A stretch of 61,114 nucleotides of DNA, counting the filler. It is 4 parts of 4 records of this genome, joined end to end, with 100 filler letters (N's around TTAATTAATTAA, not from the genome) between each part and the next. Parts side by side here need not be neighbours in the genome. Positions count along the whole stretch, not along the records: positions 9,824 to 26,369 come from SRR31147125_16730; 3 more parts are not named here. The stretch is one strand, 5' to 3'. The notes beneath the pieces are model-generated. The model was not told the origin of the DNA. It did not search any database and saw only the letters and a program-made list of their open reading frames with translations. Position 1 is the first letter of the stretch, and each line of letters opens with the position of its first letter. The translations under genes were made by a program, and so were the position numbers. Positions 9,903-19,508 of the stretch are shown here, piece after piece.

Positions 9903-10379
9903 TTGAAAAATAAAAAGTTTTTACCTGCGATTTCCGTATTCATTTCTACGACGATGGGTTCGGGTTTTTTTCCTGTCGCGCCAGGAACTGTTGGAGCTAT
10001 TATTGCGATACTGGTCATGTGGTTTTTACCGGAGATTTCGTGGCAAAAATTACTATTAACAAGTGCCCTGTTTTTCTTTATAGGTGTGTGGGCAGCACAG
10101 GAAACAGAACATAAATTACAAAAACACGATCCGGGTTGTATCAACTGGGATGAAGTTGTAGGTATGTTGATTTCTTTAATTGCCGTACCAAAAACATGGA
10201 TCGTCTATATTGTTGCCTTTGTCTTGTTTCGTTTTTTTGATATCGTAAAGCCTCAACCTGTAGACGCTTCACAAAAACTCTCCGGAGGATGGGGTGTAAT
10301 GACGGATGATGTCATTGCCGGTATATATAGCAATATCATTTTACAGATCCTGTTTCGTGTTTTTTTTAAATTAGGCTAA
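9903..10379 (+). CDS. pgpA: Phosphatidylglycerophosphatase A
   Basis: GSGFFPVAPGTVG, HDPGCINWDEVVG, LFRFFDIVKP, GWGVMTDDVIAG. Confidence 0.95.
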   Translation: MKNKKFLPAISVFISTTMGSGFFPVAPGTVGAIIAILVMWFLPEISWQKLLLTSALFFFIGVWAAQETEHKLQKHDPGCINWDEVVGMLISLIAVPKTWIVYIVAFVLFRFFDIVKPQPVDASQKLSGGWGVMTDDVIAGIYSNIILQILFRVFFKLG

Positions 10380-10412
10380 TTGTTCAATAAACGGACTTTA
10401 ATCTATAAATAT

Positions 10413-11656
10413 ATGAAAATTGAAATTATATCAATTGGTGATGAACTTTTAATTGGTCAGACAATTAACACCAATGCTTCCTGGATGGGAGAGCAATTAT
10501 TAGATGTAGGTGTAACCGTCCAATGGGTTACAACGGTTGGTGATAATCTGGAGCATCTTGTGTCTGCTCTAAAAATCGCTGAAGCTCGTGCTGACGTGAT
10601 CCTGATGACAGGCGGTCTTGGTCCTACACATGATGATATTACAAAAAAAGTTGTTACTGATTTTTTCGGAGCCAAATTAATTGTTAACAATCAGGTGCTT
10701 TCTCAGGTAAGAGATATTTTTGAAAGGCGTGGTTTACCTTTAACAAAGGTGAATGAAGAACAGGCACTCGTTCCTGATAATGCAATGGTAATTTTAAATG
10801 ATTGTGGTACAGCTCCCGGGCTAAAATTTAGTCGTGGAAAATTAACACTTTATGTGATGCCTGGTGTTCCCTCTGAGATGAAATCCATGATGACCCGTTA
10901 CGTGCTTGCTGATATTAAAAAAATGATCAACGGCCAGGTAACGTTAAAAAAAGTGTTATCCACGACGGGTATTGCTGAAAGTATTTTATTTGAAAGGTTG
11001 GGAGATATCTCCGAGCTGGAAAAACATGTAAAGATCGCTTTTCTTCCCAGTTATGCTGGCGTTAAAATGAGATTAATGGCTCGGGACTCATCTGTTGACC
11101 GTGCACAGGTTCGTATAAATAAAGCGGAAGAGTACATACGGGCACGAGTTGAGCCTTTTATTTTTTCTGCTGAAAATTTGTTATTAGAAGAGGTTCTGGC
11201 CCGGGAGCTGACCAGGGCAAAAAAAACATTATCTGTCGCAGAGTCCTGCACCGGTGGTCTAATAGCTAACAAGTTTACCAATATTTCCGGAAGCTCTTTA
11301 TTCTTTGAAAGAGGGGTGGTTAGTTACAGCAATGTGGCAAAAATAAATGTACTGGGCGTTGCTGAGGACCTGATCGAAAAACACGGGGCTGTTAGCGCAG
11401 AGGTAGCATGTGCCATGGCAGAAGGGATTCGCAATAAAGCACAAACAGATTATGCTATCTCCACTACAGGTATAGCCGGCCCGACAGGAGGGACAGCTGA
11501 CAAACCGGTTGGTCTTGTTTATATAGGATATTCTGATGCCCGGGAAACAGTGTTTGAAAGACATACATTTTTAAAAGATCGTTTAAGCAATAAAGAACGT
11601 TTCGCTCAGGCAGCACTTAATTTATTACGAAAAAAATTCAGGGTATCACGATCTAG
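10413..11656 (+). CDS. cinA: Competence/damage-inducible protein CinA (COG1058 domain + PncC NMN deamidase)
   Basis: IISIGDELLIGQTINTNA, TGGLGPTHDDIT, SVAESCTGG, STTGIAGPTGG. As given it reads in frame into thpR; adding one A to the A7 run at 11630-11636 gives TAG at 11654-11656. Confidence 0.9.
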
Positions 11657-11657
11657 A

Positions 11658-12218
11658 ATGGAAAAAATAAGAACATTTATTTGTATTGAGATACCAGCAG
11701 ATATTTTATCCAAAATTGGCTCGCTGCAAAATAGCCTGAAAGCCCTGGGAAGAGGAGTTCGTTGGACCAGGACGGAAGGAATACATTTAACATTAAAATT
11801 TCTGGGTGATGTTGAGGTTGAGAGTATAAAGAACATTTCAAAAACACTTTTACAGGCAAAAGAGGGAATCGAACCGTTTACTGTTCAAATAAAAGGCCAG
11901 GGAGCCTTTCCTAATTTAAAACGGCCACGTGTCTTCTGGATTGGTGTTGATGATTCTACGAAAAAATTATGGCGTTTGCAGGAGAGAATTGAAAATTCCC
12001 TGTTAACACTGGGTTTTGAAAAGGAGGAACGAAGGTATTCACCACATCTCACACTGGGCCGGACTAAAGAAAGAGAGAGTGTGGATCTCATTACCGATCG
12101 GTTTCAAAAAGAACAAATTGAAGAAAGTGAGTTTACAGTTCAGGAGATTGTTATTATGAAAAGTGAATTAAAATCTTCTGGTGCTGTATATACTCCATTA
12201 CAAAAAATTAAACTCTAA
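11658..12218 (+). CDS. thpR: RNA 2',3'-cyclic phosphodiesterase (2H family)
   Basis: RTFICIEIP, HLTLKFLG and PHLTLGR (two HxT motifs), GAVYT. Confidence 0.92.
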   Translation: MEKIRTFICIEIPADILSKIGSLQNSLKALGRGVRWTRTEGIHLTLKFLGDVEVESIKNISKTLLQAKEGIEPFTVQIKGQGAFPNLKRPRVFWIGVDDSTKKLWRLQERIENSLLTLGFEKEERRYSPHLTLGRTKERESVDLITDRFQKEQIEESEFTVQEIVIMKSELKSSGAVYTPLQKIKL

Positions 12219-12234
12219 ATTTTAGGATAAAGTA

Positions 12235-13278
12235 ATGGCAGACGAAAAAAACGAACGAAAAAAAGCCGTTGATTTAGCTATGTCGCAGATCGATCGCCAA
12301 TTTGGCAAAGGATCCATTATGTGGCTGGGTGATAATAGGAGTTTGGATATTGATTTTATCTCAACTGGTTCCATTTCTTTGGATGCAGCACTTGGTATAG
12401 GAGGTATACCGCGTGGTCGAATTATTGAGATATATGGTCCGGAATCTTCAGGAAAGACCACGCTGGCTTTGCATATTGTGGCAGAAGCACAAAAAGTCGG
12501 TGGCCTGGCAGCTTTTGTAGATGCAGAGCATGCCCTGGATGCGCAATATGCGAAATTGTTGGGTGTTGACACAGATAATTTGTTGATTTCACAACCTGAC
12601 ACTGGAGAGCAGGCTTTGGAGATTACCGAGACTCTCGTTCGCAGTGGTGCTCTGGATATCGTTGTCGTGGATTCGGTTGCGGCTCTGGTTCCACGCGCAG
12701 AAATAGAAGGCGATATGGGTGATGCTCAAATGGGATTGCAAGCCAGGCTGATGTCTCAAGCTATGCGAAAACTAACGGCAGCCATTAGTAAATCCAAAAC
12801 GTCTGTTATTTTTATTAATCAAATTCGGGAAAAAATCGGTGTCATGTTTGGATCTCCGGAAACTACAACCGGAGGGCGGGCTCTCAAGTTTTATTCATCA
12901 GTCCGCCTGGATATTCGTCGTATAGCTGCCATCAAAGATGGGGATAGTGTTATCGGTAATCGCACAAAAGTCAAAGTTGTAAAAAATAAAGTGGCTCCTC
13001 CTTTTCGTGAAGCTCAATTCGATATTATATATGGCCAGGGTATATCTAAAATTGGTGATTTACTGGACCTGTCAGTAAACAATAATATCGTCGATAAAGC
13101 AGGTACCTGGTTCTCATATGGAGATGAGCGATTAGGGCAGGGACGAGAAAATGTAAGACGGTATCTGAGTAATAATCCGGAATTACTTGCTGTTATAGAA
13201 AAGAAGGTTAGGGAAACACTCGGTTTAGTAAAAGAGGACGTGAAAGAGGAAAAGAAAACAACAAAATCCTCTTCATGA
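12235..13278 (+). CDS. recA: Recombinase A
   Basis: [40 protein letters not shown]. Confidence 0.99.
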   Translation: MADEKNERKKAVDLAMSQIDRQFGKGSIMWLGDNRSLDIDFISTGSISLDAALGIGGIPRGRIIEIYGPESSGKTTLALHIVAEAQKVGGLAAFVDAEHALDAQYAKLLGVDTDNLLISQPDTGEQALEITETLVRSGALDIVVVDSVAALVPRAEIEGDMGDAQMGLQARLMSQAMRKLTAAISKSKTSVIFINQIREKIGVMFGSPETTTGGRALKFYSSVRLDIRRIAAIKDGDSVIGNRTKVKVVKNKVAPPFREAQFDIIYGQGISKIGDLLDLSVNNNIVDKAGTWFSYGDERLGQGRENVRRYLSNNPELLAVIEKKVRETLGLVKEDVKEEKKTTKSSS

Positions 13279-13291
13279 GGCACGATCTTAG

Positions 13292-13947
13292 ATGTCCCGG
13301 ACAAAAAAGATTACCTCAATAGAAATACAAGCGAAGCGGAAGGATCGATTTTCCGTATTCCTTGATGGCGAATTTGCATTTGGAATTCATCAGGAAATAT
13401 TACTCAAGAGTGGTATTGCCAGAGGAGATGAACTTGATGAAAAACAAATTGAACATATTCTGTCAATCGAGGAAGAAAAAAAGCAAAAGACAAGGCCTTC
13501 CGCTTGCTGGCTGTGCGTGCGCGTAGTAAAAAAGAGATTATGACACGACTGGCTCAGGCCGGTTTTTCAGAGCGCGTTATAAGTACGGTTGTTGAAGACC
13601 TTGAGCGACATAAATTTATTAATGATGCGGAATTTGCCACTATTTTTGCCAGATCCCGCATGATTACAAGACCTGTTGGTGTTTTTGTCCTGCGTCTGGA
13701 GTTGCAGCAAAAAGGTCTCTCGGATGAAGATATTGAAAACGGGATTGAAGCAGCTTATAAAGATATTGATGAAAAATCTGTAGCGTGGGAATTAGCAAAG
13801 AAACGCAAAAAAGTTGTCAGCAAGTTAGAAGAGACAAAAGCAAAGAAGCGTGTTTCAGATTTTTTATTAAGAAGAGGTTTTGGGTGGGATATTGTAAAAG
13901 ATATTATGGATCATTGGGAGAAAATTGAAAGTTTTGGATCGGAATAA
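13292..13947 (+). CDS. recX: Regulatory protein RecX, split by a probable sequencing frameshift
   Basis: ORFs 13292-13543 and 13504-13947 join if one A is added to the A7 run at 13476-13482 (EEKKAKDKAFRLLAVRARS); FINDAEFA and FLLRRGF motifs. Confidence 0.9.
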
Positions 13948-15127
13948 ATTAAAATCATTAAAAATTGGCACCCGGGCCATCCTGGCAGCCGCACATAAGG
14001 ATTTTAGTAACGTTAAATCCCATATTCCACCGCTATATCAAACGGTCAATTTTGAATATTCTGATATAGATGAAGGATTGGCTGTTTTTCGCAACGAAAA
14101 ATCCGGCTATGTTTATACGCGCGAGAGTAATCCGACTACCAGTTTGTTTGCAGAGATTGTCGCATTCCTTGAGGAAGGGGAAGCAGCTTTAAGTACGGCT
14201 TCCGGAATGGCAGCGATCAGCAGTACCTTACTATCCCTAATAAAACCGGGTGATCATATTCTCTGTTCATCTGCTATATATGGCGGCACTCGTTCCTTTT
14301 TCAGGGATCAGTTGGGTGATCTGGGTATTCAATCCAGTTTTGTTGATATAACGGAAATTGATAAACTGGATAGCCACGTTAATAAAAATACTAAAGTTTT
14401 ATATACAGAAGTTGTCGGAAATCCAAACCTTGTTGTAGCTGATATACCGGCATTGTCCACATTTGCCAAAAAACACAAGTTGCAATTTGTTATAGATAAT
14501 ACATTTACACCTCCACCGATTATTCAACCAATAAAGCTTGGAGCTGATATCGTTCTTCATAGTGCGACGAAATATATTGGTGGTCACGGGGACATAATTG
14601 GTGGCGTGGTTGTTGGGCGAGCCGAATCTATAAAAGCAATATCGCATACTCTGAAAATGTATGGTGGAGCGATGAGTCCATTTAATGCCTGGCTTGCTAT
14701 TCGAGGTGTAAAAACGCTTGGTGTACGAATCCGGAATCATTGCCAAAATGCGCTTGATATTGCTCACTTTTTAGAAAAACACCCGAAAATAAAAAGAGTC
14801 TATTATCCGGGTTTAACGTCGCATAAGCAGTTTACGAGTGCTCAAAAACAGCTGAATGGATTTGGCGGAATGGTGGCATTTGAGCTGGATGGAGGATTTG
14901 AAGCCGCTAAAAGAATGATGAAAGCTGTTGAGATCTGCAGCTTTACAGTGAGTTTGGGTGAAATTGATACCCTTATCATGCATCCTGCGTCAACATCGCA
15001 TGTTGGTTTGTCACCGGAGGAACGGGCATCTATTGGTATAAGCGATGGGTTAATTCGACTATCCGTTGGGATTGAGGATATTGATGATTTGCTCAATGAT
15101 TTACAACAAGCTTTGAATTGTGTTTAG
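13925..15127 (+). CDS. PLP-dependent Cys/Met metabolism enzyme (cystathionine gamma-synthase/lyase or methionine gamma-lyase family)
   Basis: YTRESNPT, SGMAAIS, IDNTF, HSATKYIGGHGD (PLP lysine), IRLSVGIED. Has YGGT rather than the YGCT typical of methionine gamma-lyase. Confidence 0.9.
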   Translation: MKVLDRNKLKSLKIGTRAILAAAHKDFSNVKSHIPPLYQTVNFEYSDIDEGLAVFRNEKSGYVYTRESNPTTSLFAEIVAFLEEGEAALSTASGMAAISSTLLSLIKPGDHILCSSAIYGGTRSFFRDQLGDLGIQSSFVDITEIDKLDSHVNKNTKVLYTEVVGNPNLVVADIPALSTFAKKHKLQFVIDNTFTPPPIIQPIKLGADIVLHSATKYIGGHGDIIGGVVVGRAESIKAISHTLKMYGGAMSPFNAWLAIRGVKTLGVRIRNHCQNALDIAHFLEKHPKIKRVYYPGLTSHKQFTSAQKQLNGFGGMVAFELDGGFEAAKRMMKAVEICSFTVSLGEIDTLIMHPASTSHVGLSPEERASIGISDGLIRLSVGIEDIDDLLNDLQQALNCV

Positions 15128-15178
15128 TTTTTTATAAATTTATATGTTAGAAATAAAGGAACTGACAGGCTGGTGAAT

Positions 15179-17803
15179 ATGACATCAAAAGAGATTAGAC
15201 AATCATTTTTAGATTATTTTAAAGAAAAGAACCATCACATTGTGCCAAGTGCTCCGGTCGTGCCACAAGACGATCCAACGCTGCTCTTTACCAACGCAGG
15301 AATGAATCAATTTAAAGATATTTTCCTGGGTACAAGAAAAAAGGATAAGGATCGTATTGCAGATTCACAAAAATGCATTCGGGTCTCCGGAAAGCACAAC
15401 GATTTGGAAGAAGTCGGACGAGATACATATCACCATACATTTTTTGAAATGTTGGGCAACTGGTCATTTGGGGATTATTTCAAGGCTGAGGCGATAACGT
15501 GGGCCTGGGAACTATTCACAGAAGTATGGAAGTTGCCAAAAGATAAATTATATGCAACAGTCTTTGCTGGTGATAAAAAGGATGAACTTGAGGCAGACAT
15601 CGAAGCGGAAAATGAATGGAAAAACAGAACTGATATAGATCCATCTCATATACTTCGTTTTGACAGAAAAGATAATTTTTGGGAAATGGGTGAGACAGGT
15701 CCATGCGGACCCTGTTCGGAGATTCATATAGATAGAGGCCCTGAGTTTTGTGATTCCAAAGATCCACATCACGTCTGCGCTGTGAATAGTGGTTGTGCTC
15801 GTTATATTGAATTATGGAACCTTGTTTTTATACAATACAATCGTGCTGAAACTGGAAAGCTTTCTCTGTTACCGGAGAAACATGTGGATACAGGTGCTGG
15901 TTTTGAGAGAATCGTTCCTGTATTACAAAACAAATCATCAAATTATGACACGGATCTCTTTACACCGATTCTGGATGAAATATCCAAAATAACAGGCTTA
16001 AAGTACGGTGCCAGTGAAGTCGGCGTTGGTTTTCAGGTCCTGGCTGACCATATACGCGCTCTTTCGTTTGCTATTGCTGACGGGGCTATTCCCGGAAATG
16101 AAGGGCGTGGTTATGTTTTACGAAGAATATTACGACGCGGTGCCCGTTTTGGTCGCGTGCTTGGTATGCGAGAGCCTTTTATTTATAAACTTGTCTTACC
16201 TTTGGTAGATGTGATGGGCAAGGCTTATCCGGAACTGGCAGAGCGTCAACATTATATTGCACGTGTTATCCGGGCTGAAGAAGAGAGCTTTGGCCGCACC
16301 CTGGATAGGGGTATTGAAATCTTTGAGAGAAAAGCAGAACAGATTCTCTCAGCTGGGGAAAATCAATTCCCGGGTCAAGATGCTTTTATTCTACATGATA
16401 CATATGGTTTTCCTTTGGATTTGACCCAATTGATGGCTGAAGAAAAAGGTCTAACGGTCGATGTACATACGTTTGATAAGGAAATGGAAGCACAGCGAAA
16501 GCGCTCCAACAGCGCCAGAGATGTTAGTTACCAAACCATTTCTCTTCATTCGGATTCAACCACAGGTTCCGAGTTTGTAGGGTTTACGGCAGATACGACG
16601 GAAAGTACTGTATTGCATTATGAAAAGGGTCGGATTATTTTAACCCAGACTCCTTTTTATGCGGAATCAGGCGGGCAGGTAGGAGATTCCGGATGCATTA
16701 ATAATTCAGAATTTGAATTTCGGGTGGATGAAACGAGAAACGTTGGTGAGCATATTGTCCATTTTGGTGAGCTGGTATCTGGTAAAGATCCGAAACCAGG
16801 AGATGCTGTATTGGCGTCAATCGATTCCGTAAAAAGAAGAGCGACAGAGAGAAACCATACGGTTACTCATTTGTTACATAAGGCACTTCGGACTGTATTG
16901 GGCGATCACGTTCATCAGGCAGGATCTCTTGTTCATCCTGAATATATGCGATTTGATTTCACTCATTTTGAAAAAGTGAGCACAGAGGATTTACAGAAAA
17001 TTGAAGATATCGTCAATGAGAAAATTTTAGCCAATACCAGAGTAGACTGGCACATTTTACCGTTTGATGAGGCCAAGAAAAAAGGTGCTATGGCTTTATT
17101 CGGTGAGAAATATGGTGATACAGTTCGAATGGTGGAAGTAGAAGCCTATTCCAAGGAGCTTTGCGGTGGAACACATGTGCGGGCCACAGGAGAGATTGGT
17201 GAATTTATCATCATTAGCGAATCCGCTGTTGCGGCTGGAATTCGGCGCGTGGAAACCTTGACAGGGCATAAAGCGATGCACTATTTACGCTCAAGAGAGC
17301 AGACGTTGAAGAAAGCAGCACAAATAATTGGTTCGAGTCCGGATGAAGTGGATATTCGAGTCGAAAAGTTATTAGCAGAAAGAAAATCTCTTGAAAAGGA
17401 ATTAGAGCAACTCAGAAAACAAAATTCAAAGAATCAAATAGATGAAATGTTGAATGATGTGCAGGTCGTAAAGGATGTCAAAATTGTGGCTGCTCAGATT
17501 CAAGCCAATCATGTAGATGAATTGAAAAAAGCAGCTGACGTGTTAAGGGACAAGCTCGGTTCCGGAGTAGGTGTTTTGGGCACAGTCATTAATGAAAAAG
17601 TGAATTTTGTTTGTATCGTTACAAAGGATTTGATAAAGACCAAAAATTTAAAGGCTGGAGACCTCGTAAAAGAAATCGCGGCAATCGCTTCCGGTGGAGG
17701 AGGTGGAAGTCCACATATGGCTCTGGCTGGTGCAAAAGATGTAGAAAAACTTTCCCTTGCTCTTGCAAAGGTAGCAGAAATTGTTGGTAAAAAATTACAA
17801 TGA
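15179..17803 (+). CDS. alaS: Alanine--tRNA ligase
   Basis: DPTLLFTNAGMNQFK, HHTFFEMLGNWSFGDYFK, HTVTHLLH, ELCGGTH, GGGGG. Confidence 0.99.
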   Translation: MTSKEIRQSFLDYFKEKNHHIVPSAPVVPQDDPTLLFTNAGMNQFKDIFLGTRKKDKDRIADSQKCIRVSGKHNDLEEVGRDTYHHTFFEMLGNWSFGDYFKAEAITWAWELFTEVWKLPKDKLYATVFAGDKKDELEADIEAENEWKNRTDIDPSHILRFDRKDNFWEMGETGPCGPCSEIHIDRGPEFCDSKDPHHVCAVNSGCARYIELWNLVFIQYNRAETGKLSLLPEKHVDTGAGFERIVPVLQNKSSNYDTDLFTPILDEISKITGLKYGASEVGVGFQVLADHIRALSFAIADGAIPGNEGRGYVLRRILRRGARFGRVLGMREPFIYKLVLPLVDVMGKAYPELAERQHYIARVIRAEEESFGRTLDRGIEIFERKAEQILSAGENQFPGQDAFILHDTYGFPLDLTQLMAEEKGLTVDVHTFDKEMEAQRKRSNSARDVSYQTISLHSDSTTGSEFVGFTADTTESTVLHYEKGRIILTQTPFYAESGGQVGDSGCINNSEFEFRVDETRNVGEHIVHFGELVSGKDPKPGDAVLASIDSVKRRATERNHTVTHLLHKALRTVLGDHVHQAGSLVHPEYMRFDFTHFEKVSTEDLQKIEDIVNEKILANTRVDWHILPFDEAKKKGAMALFGEKYGDTVRMVEVEAYSKELCGGTHVRATGEIGEFIIISESAVAAGIRRVETLTGHKAMHYLRSREQTLKKAAQIIGSSPDEVDIRVEKLLAERKSLEKELEQLRKQNSKNQIDEMLNDVQVVKDVKIVAAQIQANHVDELKKAADVLRDKLGSGVGVLGTVINEKVNFVCIVTKDLIKTKNLKAGDLVKEIAAIASGGGGGSPHMALAGAKDVEKLSLALAKVAEIVGKKLQ

Positions 17804-17842
17804 CATGTCGATATTCATAATCTAAAAGGAATAGAGAATCCA

Positions 17843-18583
17843 GTGAATATTTTTAATGGGCTCCTTCAAATCAAGGAAACAAAGGGGGCTGGCTATTTTG
17901 TATTAATTGATCCAGATAAGCAGAAAGTAGAGAAGGCTATCGAACTGGCTCAAAGGTGTGAAGAAGCTCAGGTTGATGCATTATTAATTGGAGGAAGCCT
18001 GTTATTTTCACATATTTTTGATGATTTTGTACGGGCCATTAAAGCCGAATGTAATTTGCCAATTATTATTTTTCCAGGTAGTACAGGTCAATTATCGCCC
18101 TATGCGGATGCTTTACTTTATCTTTCTATTGTGAGTGGCCGCAATCCAAACAATTTAATCGGAAACCAGGTCATTGCTGCACCGATGATAAAATCAATGA
18201 ACCTTGAAGCGATATCGACGGCTTATATGTTTGTCGAGTCTGGTAATGTTACATCCGCCCAATTTTTAAGTGATACCAGACCCATCCCAAGAGAAAAGCC
18301 GGATATCGCAATGGCACATGCTTTAGCAGCTGAATACCTCGGAATGAAATTGGTATACCTGGAAGCTGGAAGTGGTGCCAAGTATTCTGTTCCTGATAAT
18401 CTCATAAAAAAATTGACCGAGTATGTCACGATTCCCGTAATTGTGGGAGGAGGTATAAGAACACCGGAACAAGCTCGGTGTAAGGTTGAATCCGGTGCCA
18501 GTTTTGTCGTAACCGGCAATGTTATAGAAAATAGTAATGATAAGGAATTGTTATTTGCCTTCTCTGAAGCAATACATTCATAA
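17843..18583 (+). CDS. Geranylgeranylglyceryl/heptaprenylglyceryl phosphate synthase (group II-like)
   Basis: LIDPDK, LIGGS, IIIFPG, SGRNP, YLEAGSGA, VGGGIR, VVTGN motifs. Confidence 0.93.
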   Translation: MNIFNGLLQIKETKGAGYFVLIDPDKQKVEKAIELAQRCEEAQVDALLIGGSLLFSHIFDDFVRAIKAECNLPIIIFPGSTGQLSPYADALLYLSIVSGRNPNNLIGNQVIAAPMIKSMNLEAISTAYMFVESGNVTSAQFLSDTRPIPREKPDIAMAHALAAEYLGMKLVYLEAGSGAKYSVPDNLIKKLTEYVTIPVIVGGGIRTPEQARCKVESGASFVVTGNVIENSNDKELLFAFSEAIHS

Positions 18584-18617
18584 AATATTCAGATTCGACC
18601 GGAGTGAGCTTTAGAAG

Positions 18618-19409
18618 ATGATAGACACTCATTCACATTTGATACCTTATTTTGATGATGGCTCGGCAGACTGGGAGATGACCCTGGATATGCTGCGTCA
18701 GGGTGAGGAGGATGGTATTTCAGAAGTTGTATGCACTCCTCATATTATGTCAAAAAGGGATTTTGACCGCGAAGACGAGCTTTTGTCACTTTATCAGCAA
18801 TTAAATAAAAGAGTAAATGATGCAGGTATATCCATAAAGTTACATTTGGGTGCCGAGTTGTATGTTCAACCTGACTTACAACTCGATCGGCCGTTTGCTA
18901 CTCTGGCTGGTAATGGCCGTTATTTTTTGGTAGAATTCCCAATGAATATCGTTCCGGATTTTGTGACACAGCATTTTTTCGAAATGGTCATGGATAATAA
19001 GATTCCGGTGATTGCACATCCGGAAAGAAACGGTCGGATTATCAATGATCCTGAGAAAGCATTCGAATTCGTTGAAAGAGGGGCTTTGTTACAGGTCAAT
19101 TCCGGAAGTTTACTGGGTATTTTTGGAAAAGCTGTAAAATCAGTTGCCGTTAAACTTATGGATGCAAATTTAGTCACATTAATCGGTTCAGACGCACATG
19201 ATTTACGTTCGCGGCCATTTAAACTCAAGCAAGCTTTTGAATTTGTAAAGGAAACATGGGGACCAGAAAAAGCCCAACATCTTTTTTATGATAATCCTCG
19301 TCACATTCTTCAAGCCGAGGATGTCATACACCAGGAGCCTCGTCCCATTGAGAGCGAAGAAAAAAAGTCATCTCTCAATCCATTTCGGTGGTTTGCGAAA
19401 AATAAATGA
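18618..19409 (+). CDS. CpsB/CapC/YwqE family PHP-type protein-tyrosine phosphatase
   Basis: MIDTHSHLIP..DDGS, CTPH, IAHPERN, GSDAHD. Confidence 0.92.
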   Translation: MIDTHSHLIPYFDDGSADWEMTLDMLRQGEEDGISEVVCTPHIMSKRDFDREDELLSLYQQLNKRVNDAGISIKLHLGAELYVQPDLQLDRPFATLAGNGRYFLVEFPMNIVPDFVTQHFFEMVMDNKIPVIAHPERNGRIINDPEKAFEFVERGALLQVNSGSLLGIFGKAVKSVAVKLMDANLVTLIGSDAHDLRSRPFKLKQAFEFVKETWGPEKAQHLFYDNPRHILQAEDVIHQEPRPIESEEKKSSLNPFRWFAKNK

Positions 19410-19508
19410 ATTTCCGTGGAGATACAATTTATTGGAAACAATAAAACTCCACGATCGTTCAACAGATTAGTCATTTCAATCACAATTCAAGTTTAAAATT
19501 GGGTTAAT

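Noticed and set aside
10380-12218. Apparent CinA-ThpR fusion protein (612 aa)
   Set aside because: One extra A in the A7 run at 11630-11636 gives RKKIQGITI* with TAG one base before the thpR ATG. The same error type recurs across the window, so the fusion is probably artefactual.
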